Shown here piece after piece: positions 53,171-62,503 of a DNA stretch of 64,000 nt. Position 1 is the stretch's first letter. Every line of letters begins with the position of its first letter. This DNA is from Escherichia phage nepoznato. The stretch lies in the sequence record NC_052658.1. The stretch is one strand, 5' to 3'. The translations under genes were made by a program, and so were the position numbers. A model generated the notes under the pieces. The model was not told the DNA's origin, did not search any database, and worked only from the letters and a program-made list of their open reading frames with translations.

Positions 53171-53568
53171 TATTCTGCCTCATCATAGAAGAAATCCAAC
53201 TCTTGTTCCAGTTGTTTAACTCGCTCCTTAACCCACTGTACACGTTTTTCATTAAACATGCAACGTTTTTCCTTACACTCTTGCTCAAAAGATTTTGCTG
53301 TGTTAAACGGGAAAGTTGTATCTAAACCAGCATTTTCAAAACTGGCTAATTGCATACCATAAACAGAATATGCTAAAGAATGATCGGCTCGAAATTCATC
53401 ACTTATATACATACGTAGACCTCGGCATAAGCCAACATCAGCGTAACCACTTTCTCGTGGAAAGAGACGGAGGTGTTCTAACCAATTATTATAGAAATCT
53501 AAAAGAATCCTCTTACACTTCAAATCAATTGTCATAAAAAGTTTCTCCTTCATCGAACAAGTTGGCAA
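53170..53568 (-). CDS. paralog family member B
   Basis: 132 aa; shares LLDFYNNWL...GLCRGL...FPF...RVQWVKERV with members A, C, D, E. Confidence 0.45.
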   Translation of the reverse strand: MPTCSMKEKLFMTIDLKCKRILLDFYNNWLEHLRLFPRESGYADVGLCRGLRMYISDEFRADHSLAYSVYGMQLASFENAGLDTTFPFNTAKSFEQECKEKRCMFNEKRVQWVKERVKQLEQELDFFYDEAE

Positions 53569-53935
53569 GATTGTTCACCGCAATTTGGGTGGAAAGAAGA
53601 CAACTGTTTGCAGACACATAAGCACGGGCTATTTTGTAAACATAAACTTTCGTATTGCAATCTTCTAAAATCGGAAGACTTTCATCGATAGCATCTATAA
53701 CACTAAACATCACATCTAAAACTTTAATTGTAAGTATTGTATCTATATCTTCGTAACCTTTTTCAATCCGACCTGAATAGAAAGTATAGTCCTCAACAGT
53801 TCGTCGTTTAAATTGGCGCATAAAATCAGAACCATCTGTAGCAGAATTGAACAAATTTTCAAAAAATACCTCCCATCCGGCAAAAAGGGCTGACAGCATG
53901 ATTAAGTGATCTACAGATTCATTTTCTTGTTTCAT
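53525..53935 (-). CDS. hypothetical protein
   Basis: 136 aa ORF. Confidence 0.4.
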   Translation of the reverse strand: MKQENESVDHLIMLSALFAGWEVFFENLFNSATDGSDFMRQFKRRTVEDYTFYSGRIEKGYEDIDTILTIKVLDVMFSVIDAIDESLPILEDCNTKVYVYKIARAYVSANSCLLSTQIAVNNLANLFDEGETFYDN

Positions 53936-53943
53936 ATCCTCTC

Positions 53944-54621
53944 CTATTTAATGTTCAATCTAGCACACAAGCGAGAAACAGTTTTAGCATCCCACTTACC
54001 ACCACGTGCTGTTGCGATTTTCTTACTATTGAATTTTTCAGCAATAGTTTTGTAAGGTGTATTTAAATCTCTAAGGATTTCTAAGCGTTCACGGAATGTC
54101 TCTGCAAAAGCATCTGCTTTAACAGAATTGTATTCCATTTTTCCTTTTCTACGTGCAGCGGCAGTTTTAGGATTAGCACTGCCTAATAAAACACCTTTGC
54201 TTTTTGCTACAGCAAGACCCTTTTTAATACGATCAGCAATACCTCTGACTTCTTGTTCAGCCAAAACAGACAGAAGCTGTATAACCATTTTATCTGCGTC
54301 TGGCATGATGGCTATCTTAACATCGATCATTTCTAGAAGAGTTGCTACGGAGGCGTTGTTACGACCCAAGCGGTCAACTTTAGCTACCAATAAAGTTGCT
54401 CCGGTAGCTTTACACATTTCAACCGCTTTAACCAGTTCCTTACGTTGCTTCCAATCGCCCTTACCAGAATAGTATTCAGAAAATTGACCAATAACTTCAG
54501 CATCAGGCACAGAGTCTAAGAAGTAACGGATATCGTTCTCTTGGCTCTCCATACCATATTGTGCCTCACCTTTTTTCTGTTTAGAAAGACGACTGTAAAC
54601 AACAAACTTTTTCATAACCAC
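53944..54621 (-). CDS. serine recombinase (resolvase/invertase family)
   Basis: 225 aa; catalytic-domain VVYSRLSKQ (YxRxS), VDRLGRN, LAEQEVRGIADRIKKG; C-terminal HTH-like segment; own promoter at 54645-54673. Confidence 0.65.
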   Translation of the reverse strand: MVMKKFVVYSRLSKQKKGEAQYGMESQENDIRYFLDSVPDAEVIGQFSEYYSGKGDWKQRKELVKAVEMCKATGATLLVAKVDRLGRNNASVATLLEMIDVKIAIMPDADKMVIQLLSVLAEQEVRGIADRIKKGLAVAKSKGVLLGSANPKTAAARRKGKMEYNSVKADAFAETFRERLEILRDLNTPYKTIAEKFNSKKIATARGGKWDAKTVSRLCARLNIK

Positions 54622-54644
54622 TCCTAAACCATTGCTGTATTCTC

Positions 54645-54673
54645 ACTTTACAAAACGAATAAACACTTGTCAA
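54645..54673 (-). promoter_or_regulatory. sigma70-like promoter (TTGACA, 17 bp, TAAAGT) for the serine recombinase gene
   Basis: Minus-strand reading CCTTGACAAGTGTTTATTCGTTTTGTAAAGT, then RBS TAGGAG and the ATG at 54621. Confidence 0.5.
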
Positions 54674-54685
54674 GGTATTTATTAT

Positions 54686-54898
54686 TTACAGCCATTCTAC
54701 TTTTAAGCAGTATTCTTCGACATGTTGTTTACGCTTGTTTTTGTCTATGTAAGTGTATTCAACAAATGTCCCAAGATAATCCTTGTCCACATTGTGTTGG
54801 CTATTAATTGGACATTTAGTACGACAAACCCGTTGCCACTGACGAAGAATTACGGCTTTGTTTTTAGGATCAAAGGGATGAGGGTAATGTGCCTTCAT
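54686..54898 (-). CDS. hypothetical protein
   Basis: 70 aa ORF. Confidence 0.35.
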   Translation of the reverse strand: MKAHYPHPFDPKNKAVILRQWQRVCRTKCPINSQHNVDKDYLGTFVEYTYIDKNKRKQHVEEYCLKVEWL

Positions 54899-55222
54899 TC
54901 ACGCCTCCTGTTTTAGTCGAAAAATATTTTGAATAACGAGAGATGTATAGTTATCACTTAGTCCCATAAGTTCTACTTCCAAGTTTCGAATATCTTCCAC
55001 CGTAGGAGGATATGTTGGTAAAAATGCTTGAGCATTACCAGATCCAACCTCATTGCTGTAAGCAGTTGTAAAATTGTAAGATACAAAACATGAAACACCT
55101 TTTTGTCGGTACCCGATTAATCGACGAATACACCAGATAAGAGCCAAACCTATGAGAACACCTCCTAAACCAGCTAACAAGAAGGATAAGTTCATAATAG
55201 CTTCGTTAACAACTGCTTGCAT
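54899..55222 (-). CDS. hypothetical membrane protein
   Basis: 107 aa; N-terminal transmembrane segment (LLAGLGGVLIGLALIWCI). Confidence 0.35.
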   Translation of the reverse strand: MQAVVNEAIMNLSFLLAGLGGVLIGLALIWCIRRLIGYRQKGVSCFVSYNFTTAYSNEVGSGNAQAFLPTYPPTVEDIRNLEVELMGLSDNYTSLVIQNIFRLKQEA

Positions 55223-55232
55223 TCTTTTCTCC

Positions 55233-55580
55233 TTAGTTGTGTAAACCCAAATGTGCTACAACTTCTCTACGATAAGATAACTGCATAGCGATTTTATAGC
55301 CAGGATGAAAACCATTTACATCAATGTCATCAAACCAAACCTCAAATGAACCGTGTTTAAGAGTCATTAAGTTAATATACCATTCAATAGTATAATGATC
55401 GTTAGCAATACCTTCGATGTAAAATTCTCGACAACAGTGAGATAAATCTTCACTTGTTTCACGTTTCCAGTCTTTGATAGCACCCTTCTCTTTGGCTTTA
55501 TTCAGAATGTGGATCAGGTCTTCAACTTGCATATTCTCTCCTTTAGTTCCAACTAATAATAATGTGTTTGATAATCCCAA
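55233..55580 (-). CDS. hypothetical protein
   Basis: 115 aa ORF. Confidence 0.35.
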   Translation of the reverse strand: MGLSNTLLLVGTKGENMQVEDLIHILNKAKEKGAIKDWKRETSEDLSHCCREFYIEGIANDHYTIEWYINLMTLKHGSFEVWFDDIDVNGFHPGYKIAMQLSYRREVVAHLGLHN

Positions 55581-56097
55581 AAATACTGTGCTCTGCGGTT
55601 GCCAATGTTACATCCAAACCTTTTGCACGTAGCATTGTAGCTACAACATTTGCCCCTCTTTTCTGTTCACTTATCTGTTCATAAGAAGAAGGGTTATTGC
55701 ACAAACCAAAACTGGAAGGTTCAAAGTATTTTTCAAACTTCCCTTGTTCCGCACAATCTTCAATCTCTAATAGAACGGCGTCTACCATTTCAGTAAAATG
55801 GGAATTTGCTTGCAGTGCTTTATTACGCAGTTTATCACGTAAACTTCCCGTAGATTCTTCCTGCTCTTCTGTCTGTCCATCTTCACAGAAAGGATGAAGT
55901 TCAGCCCAGTCCCAAGCATCTCCTTCTAAAGCAAATAGAGTGTTGTAATTGAAGAAAGTGCAGCGCGGATATTCCCCGTTGAAAGAATCTTTCAGCAGAA
56001 TATATTTCTTACCGTTTGCATGGAAGAGTTCTCCTTTGATAACCTTACCTACAAGGATATCACTGTTAGTGGAACGGGTGCAAATAAACTTTTTCAT
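55543..56097 (-). CDS. hypothetical protein
   Basis: 184 aa ORF after RBS AGGAGAAAA; downstream of promoter 56127-56155. Confidence 0.4.
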   Translation of the reverse strand: MKKFICTRSTNSDILVGKVIKGELFHANGKKYILLKDSFNGEYPRCTFFNYNTLFALEGDAWDWAELHPFCEDGQTEEQEESTGSLRDKLRNKALQANSHFTEMVDAVLLEIEDCAEQGKFEKYFEPSSFGLCNNPSSYEQISEQKRGANVVATMLRAKGLDVTLATAEHSIFGIIKHIIISWN

Positions 56098-56126
56098 GAT
56101 TTTCTCCTCTTTGTTTCGATGAGATG

Positions 56127-56155
56127 ATTATGACAAAGACAGATCCTTCTGTCAA
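56127..56155 (-). promoter_or_regulatory. sigma70-like promoter (TTGACA, 17 bp, CATAAT) with inverted repeat in spacer
   Basis: Minus-strand reading AAATAGTTGACAGAAGGATCTGTCTTTGTCATAAT. Confidence 0.5.
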
Positions 56156-56159
56156 CTAT

Positions 56160-56381
56160 TTATTTCCATTCCCCTTGGTGTTCTTTGATCTCATAAGAGT
56201 AGTATTCGAACATGCTCATACAAACCACACCAGACATTTCTAAACAAAGAGGTTTACTATTATAAAAGGCACTTATCATTCTTCCAGCTTTATCTGCTGA
56301 CTCTTTAGTATCACATCCACAAACTGTTCTCACCCAAGGATCAGGGCCATCATATTTAAGACGCACAATCCACATGATCAT
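56160..56381 (-). CDS. hypothetical protein
   Basis: 73 aa ORF. Confidence 0.35.
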   Translation of the reverse strand: MIMWIVRLKYDGPDPWVRTVCGCDTKESADKAGRMISAFYNSKPLCLEMSGVVCMSMFEYYSYEIKEHQGEWK

Positions 56382-56605
56382 TCTTCCATCTCAAACCATT
56401 CAGGGAACACTTTGCGGAAGACCCGCGTGTTTTCTAAGAGAAATTCCAACTCTTTTTCCAAATCTGCGTTCCAACCGTTTATTTTAACACGGATTGCCAA
56501 TGCACTTGCACGGCGACTCAATTCTTGACAGATTGGATCACGCAGAACTATTGAGTCATAAAACTGACAAACAGCCTCAAGTTCATACCAGTTATAATCC
56601 GACAT
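56378..56605 (-). CDS. hypothetical protein
   Basis: 75 aa ORF. Confidence 0.35.
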   Translation of the reverse strand: MSDYNWYELEAVCQFYDSIVLRDPICQELSRRASALAIRVKINGWNADLEKELEFLLENTRVFRKVFPEWFEMEE

Positions 56606-56931
56606 TATTCATCCTCCTCTGCAATACGATCTCTTACCCAATTAATCCTGTCCACGTTCAGGTGACATACCTCTGCATCTGATTCTAAGACATATGCATC
56701 GTAGTTCTCATTGAAAGGGAGTGCTTGACTCAACCCTTTGTGGTAAAACTGTGCGTGCATTTCATCTGACAAGGTTGTTATAAGGGGATTGTAATTACCT
56801 CTGTGCACATAATCGAACAAGTTGGCACACAAACCACAATCCCGCCGAAAAGGTTTACCATCAGGAGCACCAACATCAATCCATGCTAGATAAATTTTAT
56901 AAAACTCCATCAACCTTGTGCTTGTTTTCAT
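56605..56931 (-). CDS. paralog family member C
   Basis: 108 aa; EFYKIYLAWI...GLCANL...LPFNENYD...RINWVRDRI. Confidence 0.45.
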   Translation of the reverse strand: MKTSTRLMEFYKIYLAWIDVGAPDGKPFRRDCGLCANLFDYVHRGNYNPLITTLSDEMHAQFYHKGLSQALPFNENYDAYVLESDAEVCHLNVDRINWVRDRIAEEDE

Positions 56932-57169
56932 TTAGCCACCTCGTTAGTTTTTCTTGCTCTTTGTTTGCGCGTTCTAAGCTTCTGAACTTTAAACAGAGGG
57001 AACGAGAATCCCTACCCATGCACAAGCTTTCATCTAAGCTGTGCTCCCCAACCAACCAAAGAGAGTATGTTTGAACATCTAACCCATAGTTTCTGTCTTT
57101 CCATAATCTCACCCCAAGAACATCAAAAGGAGCTTCCGCGACTAAAGAAAGAAACCGATCTTTATTCAT
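56897..57169 (-). CDS. hypothetical protein
   Basis: 90 aa ORF. Confidence 0.35.
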   Translation of the reverse strand: MNKDRFLSLVAEAPFDVLGVRLWKDRNYGLDVQTYSLWLVGEHSLDESLCMGRDSRSLCLKFRSLERANKEQEKLTRWLNENKHKVDGVL

Positions 57170-57231
57170 ATTACACCACCTTGCTCACGTTGATAATGTA
57201 TGTATACCATACATAAAATAAATGTCAAGGC

Positions 57232-57432
57232 TTATCGACACAGATAGTTGTAACGATCTGCTTTATCCTCGGCTTCAGCAAAGTCAGCAATCAAGGAAGT
57301 TTTGAGTTCTTCCAACTCTTTCACCCAAGAGTCGTAATCGTTCTGTGTTTCTCCAATAGTTTGGAGAAAACAATCGTCGTAGCCAATAGACATGGCTAAC
57401 TCGATAATACGTTCCAGTTTTTCTTCCATCAC
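57232..57432 (-). CDS. hypothetical protein
   Basis: 66 aa ORF. Confidence 0.35.
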   Translation of the reverse strand: MMEEKLERIIELAMSIGYDDCFLQTIGETQNDYDSWVKELEELKTSLIADFAEAEDKADRYNYLCR

Positions 57433-57798
57433 TTCTCTCCTTCTACAGACTTCTGTTTAACATAAAAGTAAGCACCACGAGCAAGATACAAATCATGTTC
57501 AATATCGCTCACAGGAAAACCATCTGGATTTTTAAAACCGTCTTCTACAGCCAAAATGAGAGATCGTAAACTGATAGCTAACAACTCCATTTGATCTTGT
57601 AGTTTTCTATTTTCTGCATAAAGGTTTTTGCATTTTTGTTCTGCATTTTTCCATTGTTCTAATGCATGATCATAGTTTCGCATAAGGATAGCTTTTTCTT
57701 GTTCACGTTTAAAAGTTTCTTCACAAATGAAACCCGTGCCTAAACCAGTTTCTTCATCTTTGACAAACACTTCAACAAAATCTTTAGACATATTATCT
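57429..57798 (-). CDS. hypothetical protein
   Basis: Track ORF 57429-57923 trimmed to the ATG at 57798 after RBS AGGAGAT (MSKDFVEVF...); avoids overlap with the upstream gene. Confidence 0.35.
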
Positions 57799-58056
57799 CC
57801 TATTTGCTTTTGGATACTCCCAACCCTCTGGGAGATCTTCTTTACACATCCACTCAAAAGGCCAGCGACAATAACTGTGCCACTTTCCATCGAGATACAA
57901 GCAATCTTCATCCACTGGTCCACAAGGGTTGATAACTACAACACACCCTTTTGCTCGCCAATATTGAACTATTTCAGGGTAAAAACAAGAAACGTCGGTC
58001 CACTCCCAAATACGTTCATCATTCAAACGGTATGCTGCTGGCAATGTCTCTTTCAT
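57793..58056 (-). CDS. hypothetical Cys/Trp-rich protein
   Basis: 87 aa ORF. Confidence 0.35.
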   Translation of the reverse strand: MKETLPAAYRLNDERIWEWTDVSCFYPEIVQYWRAKGCVVVINPCGPVDEDCLYLDGKWHSYCRWPFEWMCKEDLPEGWEYPKANRR

Positions 58057-58060
58057 ATTA

Positions 58061-58507
58061 TTAAACCTCTGTCAAAGAGAAACGCCAATCCTTACTACTA
58101 CCTACACCAAGGAAGATATAGTCTCCGGTACTAACGGAATATCTCCAAGCGGGAATCCAATCAGGAATCTCTGGCTTATGGCTGTAGCCATAACGCTCGC
58201 CACTCGAATCTGTTGCAATATAATTAACAAATTCAGGAACCTCTAAAGTTTCACCTTGATACTCTACACGCTTGAAGCCATCTTCCACTTCTTTCTCACC
58301 TTCTACCAGAAGGGCAAGAAGTTTGATGTGAGGGCAAGTGAAATCTTGTCCTGGATAACGTGAACGGATATCTGTTAACAATGCGACTACAGCATCCGAT
58401 AACTCTTTATAATCCTCATATCTTACAAATGTACCTTCTGTCGGATCATCAGGACACAAACGCCAAACATCGTTGCAGTTTACAGCATAATGTCTCATTT
58501 TAGTCAT
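58061..58507 (-). CDS. hypothetical protein
   Basis: 148 aa ORF. Confidence 0.4.
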   Translation of the reverse strand: MTKMRHYAVNCNDVWRLCPDDPTEGTFVRYEDYKELSDAVVALLTDIRSRYPGQDFTCPHIKLLALLVEGEKEVEDGFKRVEYQGETLEVPEFVNYIATDSSGERYGYSHKPEIPDWIPAWRYSVSTGDYIFLGVGSSKDWRFSLTEV

Positions 58508-58579
58508 AAATACCTCTATTCATATATTAAGAAACCCAAAATAATAACCAGAACAATGAAAATGATAGTCTCTATCATA

Positions 58580-58828
58580 TTACCAAGCTGCCACTACCCC
58601 AGTGCGTAGGGTTTCTTCATACCCCCAAATATCTGCACTAAGAGCAACAGCAGTCCATTCTGGGGACCAAGTAAAACCCAACAGATCTGTCATCTTTTCA
58701 GCATCTTTTTTAATGCTTTCTTCATCAGAGAAAACACGGTAAAGATCTTCCAACTCTTTTGTAATCTCTGCACGTTCTTCTTCGGTAATCGGTGTTCCTA
58801 CACGATCAGTAGTAAAAACATTCAGCAT
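58580..58828 (-). CDS. hypothetical protein
   Basis: 82 aa ORF. Confidence 0.35.
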   Translation of the reverse strand: MLNVFTTDRVGTPITEEERAEITKELEDLYRVFSDEESIKKDAEKMTDLLGFTWSPEWTAVALSADIWGYEETLRTGVVAAW

Positions 58829-58837
58829 AATATCCCC

Positions 58838-59236
58838 TTATCGTTGCGTACAATCAGCTTCTAGAGTAAGAACATTCGTTATTGTTTTATCATTTTTTAG
58901 AAATGCAAACCAAGCCAAAGTGTCTCGATACTCTGTGCGCATCATCACAACTTCGGTAGTGCCAATAAACTGCTGTGAACCGTACATAGAACTTCCATCT
59001 TTACTCTTTCCTCCTGTGTTTTGAAGAATACCGCTCATCAAAGCACCACCCGAATTTTTAAGGATAAAAGAGTTATCTTTATTAATGACAACAGAAGCCA
59101 TTTTCTTAGGACCAGAAATCACTTCACCTTTCAGATTTTTAACAACTACATCTGATACACACTCATAAACTTGAGACGCATTTGCTGTTCCAAGAGATGC
59201 AATGAGTAACAATAAACCTACGATAATCTTTTTCAT
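58838..59236 (-). CDS. secreted/periplasmic protein with signal peptide
   Basis: 132 aa; MKKIIVGLLLLIASLGTANA then SQVYE (signal peptidase I-type site, no lipobox). Confidence 0.4.
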   Translation of the reverse strand: MKKIIVGLLLLIASLGTANASQVYECVSDVVVKNLKGEVISGPKKMASVVINKDNSFILKNSGGALMSGILQNTGGKSKDGSSMYGSQQFIGTTEVVMMRTEYRDTLAWFAFLKNDKTITNVLTLEADCTQR

Positions 59237-59331
59237 ATAAACTCTCCTCTTTGTTTACCCGATGCGCCCCTGTTGGGCGGAAAGGGTTGTACGCAAAATT
59301 TTTAGCTCCAATCGTCGGGTGTCCCGACTCC

Positions 59332-59538
59332 TTACGCTTTTAATGTTTTAACAGAATGACAAGCTTTGCAAACCATAACCGGAACAAGTTCGTCTCCACT
59401 ATCCGCATAAATCACTGTTTTCTTCATTCTGCCACCACATGAACAATACTCTGTATGATCCGCTGGAATATTAAATATTCCGTAATCACTTTCATACTGT
59501 TTCTTACATATGGACACTGCTTTTGTAAAACAAGACAT
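59332..59538 (-). CDS. hypothetical zinc-ribbon protein
   Basis: 68 aa with CSCGG...CKACH. Confidence 0.35.
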   Translation of the reverse strand: MSCFTKAVSICKKQYESDYGIFNIPADHTEYCSCGGRMKKTVIYADSGDELVPVMVCKACHSVKTLKA

Positions 59539-59540
59539 AC

Positions 59541-59762
59541 CTACTCCGAAAGAACATTCACTTCGTCAGAGAAAAATACGTAATCACAACCTTCCCAAAC
59601 ATCTTCTTCAAACCACTCCCATCCCTCAACTTTGGACATTTCTTCTATCGTAACAAAGAATGTTGTCATATCATCACTAACAAGATGTGCTTCAACAACA
59701 AAAGGAATCTGAACATTCTCAAAACCAACATAACCCAATACATCACAAACTCTAATTTTCAT
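59541..59762 (-). CDS. hypothetical protein
   Basis: 73 aa ORF. Confidence 0.35.
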   Translation of the reverse strand: MKIRVCDVLGYVGFENVQIPFVVEAHLVSDDMTTFFVTIEEMSKVEGWEWFEEDVWEGCDYVFFSDEVNVLSE

Positions 59763-59763
59763 A

Positions 59764-59964
59764 TTATGCTCCTTTGTAGATTATGTTGGTGCGTTCACAC
59801 TCTGCCACCAGCAAGCGATTAGCAATGTTGTCCATAGGAACATCAATCTCTACGCTCCAGGCATTGATATACACTTCTTCAATCTTTGCTCCAAGCATTT
59901 GTGCGATCAGAGCAACAGCCCCAGCATATTCAAGTTTAATCTCAATTACCATTTTGCACCTCAA
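59764..59964 (-). CDS. hypothetical protein
   Basis: 66 aa ORF. Confidence 0.35.
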   Translation of the reverse strand: MRCKMVIEIKLEYAGAVALIAQMLGAKIEEVYINAWSVEIDVPMDNIANRLLVAECERTNIIYKGA

Positions 59965-59966
59965 GG

Positions 59967-60203
59967 TTATTTATCTTGCTTATATCTTACAAGGCGATCA
60001 CACTCCAGGTCAAGAAATTTCTCCGCATTTCGTTCATGTTTGAGCACAATACATTGTTCTTTCAAGTCTGTAGCTCTTTGCTGCGCGGCTCCTGGGTCAA
60101 AATCCCAAAGCCATGCGGCGAAAAGAACAACCATAACAATTGCCAAGAAAACAAACACTATAGGCATTGCACATCCTCCTGTGTAGCATGATCTTTTACC
60201 CAT
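59967..60203 (-). CDS. hypothetical membrane protein
   Basis: 78 aa; one transmembrane segment (IVFVFLAIVMVVLFAAWLW). Confidence 0.35.
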   Translation of the reverse strand: MGKRSCYTGGCAMPIVFVFLAIVMVVLFAAWLWDFDPGAAQQRATDLKEQCIVLKHERNAEKFLDLECDRLVRYKQDK

Positions 60204-60472
60204 TTTATACGGGCAGCATTCAAATGCAATAGCCCGTTTCTTTGTGCAAAATCATATTTAAACCAGTCTCCGTCATCAAACGGGTATTCTTCAGACAACC
60301 CTGCTTCTCGAAATTGCATTTGCATTTCATAATTTAGGTCATCATAACCACCAGACCAAAGATAGAGGCAACTACATAATCCTTTATCATGCCAGAAAGG
60401 ATTATTATCTGGAGCACCAGCTAATAGCCAGTTATGATATGCCTGATAAAATTCTTTAAGTTCCTCTGACAT
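60158..60472 (-). CDS. paralog family member D
   Basis: 104 aa; EFYQAYHNWL...GLCSCL...YPFDD...RIKWVKDH. Confidence 0.45.
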   Translation of the reverse strand: MSEELKEFYQAYHNWLLAGAPDNNPFWHDKGLCSCLYLWSGGYDDLNYEMQMQFREAGLSEEYPFDDGDWFKYDFAQRNGLLHLNAARIKWVKDHATQEDVQCL

Positions 60473-60649
60473 TTAACCTCCTGTATGCAGTGTTGAAAGA
60501 TACGCAGCAAAAGCATTCTCGGCTGTTTTCACCTCCTCTTCAAGATCTTCACGCTCTGCTGGCGTTAATGCATTCCGCACAGCAGCGTCTGCTTCTCGGA
60601 TTTTTCTTACTAAACGTGAAACATCTTTCAATTGTTGAAAAGTAGCCAT
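60473..60649 (-). CDS. hypothetical small helical protein
   Basis: 58 aa (below track cutoff), MATFQQLKDVSRLVRKIREADAAV...; RBS GGAGAAAG. Confidence 0.3.
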   Translation of the reverse strand: MATFQQLKDVSRLVRKIREADAAVRNALTPAEREDLEEEVKTAENAFAAYLSTLHTGG

Positions 60650-60664
60650 AATCTTTCTCCTGTT

Positions 60665-60949
60665 TTAGTTAGTGTCACGCCATTCGGCAATCTCTTCGGC
60701 TAAACGATCACAAGAATCGAAAGCCACTTTACCTTTAGTCTGATTTTCATGTCGTACTTCCTTCAATGCGAGTAATGCGTTCACCAGATTATCAACACCT
60801 TGATCATCCAGTGCGATAACATCGAAGTTAAACCCTGTATCAGTTGGGACTTTACGTTTTATGGTGTAATAGTCTCCTTCATGACGTTCAACATACGCGT
60901 ATGGGTAACTGCTGTTTGGATCATGTTTCACGCGAATAGATGTTTTCAT
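60665..60949 (-). CDS. hypothetical protein
   Basis: 94 aa ORF. Confidence 0.35.
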   Translation of the reverse strand: MKTSIRVKHDPNSSYPYAYVERHEGDYYTIKRKVPTDTGFNFDVIALDDQGVDNLVNALLALKEVRHENQTKGKVAFDSCDRLAEEIAEWRDTN

Positions 60950-60964
60950 GTTTTGTTCTCCTCT

Positions 60965-61216
60965 TTAATCAAACCAGTTGTATTCGGAAGGGTAACGAGC
61001 GTAGTTTGGCTTGTACCCCAGTCTTTTCATCTTAACAGACATACGAGTGAAGCCAAAAGTTGTTTTGCCCTTAGACATAAACTTCTTCCCACTCTTCATT
61101 GGCTTCTTAGGGTTTTTGATCGTCTGGTGTAACGCTCGCGCAAGCCACAAAGTGTATGCGCTAGGCACTTGATTAACTTTCATCTTGTTACCTTTCATCA
61201 TTTCACCTCGGACCAA
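60965..61216 (-). CDS. hypothetical basic protein
   Basis: 83 aa Lys-rich ORF. Confidence 0.35.
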   Translation of the reverse strand: MVRGEMMKGNKMKVNQVPSAYTLWLARALHQTIKNPKKPMKSGKKFMSKGKTTFGFTRMSVKMKRLGYKPNYARYPSEYNWFD

Positions 61217-61497
61217 TCAATAGTGATCCACTCATATGCTCCGTTTAGGTCCATTTCTTTATAAACAACAAGCCCACGCTCACGAAGAATTGCTACTGCT
61301 TCATCCATCCATTTCACCTGATTGTAGATTTCCCCTGGGTGGGTAGGGGAATTATCCAGACCAAAATCGGATGGCGTGAAATTCCTTGAAGAGTTTCCCG
61401 CTCGTGCTTCAGCAAAACAAGTCTCGATCACTTCTTCAACAGGGAAGTTGAAGGAAGCTTCTTTTGCAATACGGCGTAACTGTTCAGTCAGATTCAT
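61198..61497 (-). CDS. hypothetical protein
   Basis: 99 aa ORF. Confidence 0.35.
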   Translation of the reverse strand: MNLTEQLRRIAKEASFNFPVEEVIETCFAEARAGNSSRNFTPSDFGLDNSPTHPGEIYNQVKWMDEAVAILRERGLVVYKEMDLNGAYEWITIDWSEVK

Positions 61498-61524
61498 CTT
61501 ATTCTCCTTTCGTTGTGTGAAACA

Positions 61525-61962
61525 TTATAACAGATCTAATGCTTTCAACTCTTCTTTCAATGATTCAAGCAGGTCACATTCAACGTCAATCAGAGATAAC
61601 AAGTGACCAACAATGCCTTCCAGATGTTGATACTCACTATAACTTATAAATTCAGAATTGTAAACAGAAACATCCTTAGTTTCTTTCACAACTTCCCCCG
61701 CAGACACGCAAATAAAAAAGTTACGCTCTCCGCGAGCTAACAATATCTCCCAACTTCTGAACGGATACTGTCCAGCCTCAATAATATCCCCGCTGTCCAA
61801 TAAAGTCAATGAGCAAACAGACCCTGATTCACTAACATCTTCGACGCGGAAACAAGACCCGTCAATCAAAGCCGCCATTTTGAAATTTTCATCAGAGATC
61901 ATAGAGAAAGCTTCACATGCAGCTTTACTTTTGAAACAGTAAACAGCATTAACTTTAAACAT
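61525..61962 (-). CDS. hypothetical protein
   Basis: 145 aa ORF. Confidence 0.4.
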   Translation of the reverse strand: MFKVNAVYCFKSKAACEAFSMISDENFKMAALIDGSCFRVEDVSESGSVCSLTLLDSGDIIEAGQYPFRSWEILLARGERNFFICVSAGEVVKETKDVSVYNSEFISYSEYQHLEGIVGHLLSLIDVECDLLESLKEELKALDLL

Positions 61963-62050
61963 AACATTCCCCTTTTAAACAAAAGACACACCGATGGTAG
62001 CAACAACCAGACGCTTATAAACTTCAACCTCTTCTGTAGGATTAGCCATT

Positions 62051-62503
62051 TTATGCTCTGCCTAGTTCATCATACCATTTCAAAGCGTCTTTTGGAAGCA
62101 TACCAAAATCTTCTTTTAGTTCTTTTTCAATCTCTTCTTTCAGTTCATTCAACACTTGCAGTTGGCGTATTTTCTTCCGTAACAAAGCTTCCCGTTCACT
62201 GTTGCTTGGTGTTACTTCATTTCCTGCTATCATCACATATCCTGTCGGAGAGCAAGGAAGATAGTCATCAATATCTTCTAAAGCATAACGATAATTGGAG
62301 TCCAGGAAGTTTACATGCACACGATCACATCCAAACAAGGTAGCACGGAATACTTCGTAACGAGTTTCAGATAGGATATGTTGCACACAGACAATACCTA
62401 CATCATTTTGCACTGCACAGGTTACATCCAACAAACTTGAATGTTCTTTGACATAATCTGCAACACATTGCACATGTGCTTCCAGTATAGATAGTTGTTT
62501 CAT
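62051..62503 (-). CDS. hypothetical protein
   Basis: 150 aa ORF. Confidence 0.4.
   Translation of the reverse strand: MKQLSILEAHVQCVADYVKEHSSLLDVTCAVQNDVGIVCVQHILSETRYEVFRATLFGCDRVHVNFLDSNYRYALEDIDDYLPCSPTGYVMIAGNEVTPSNSEREALLRKKIRQLQVLNELKEEIEKELKEDFGMLPKDALKWYDELGRA

Noticed and set aside
53944-54621. Integrase of a temperate phage
   Set aside because: The protein is a small resolvase/invertase-type serine recombinase, not a large serine or tyrosine integrase, and the surrounding content looks like a virulent phage.
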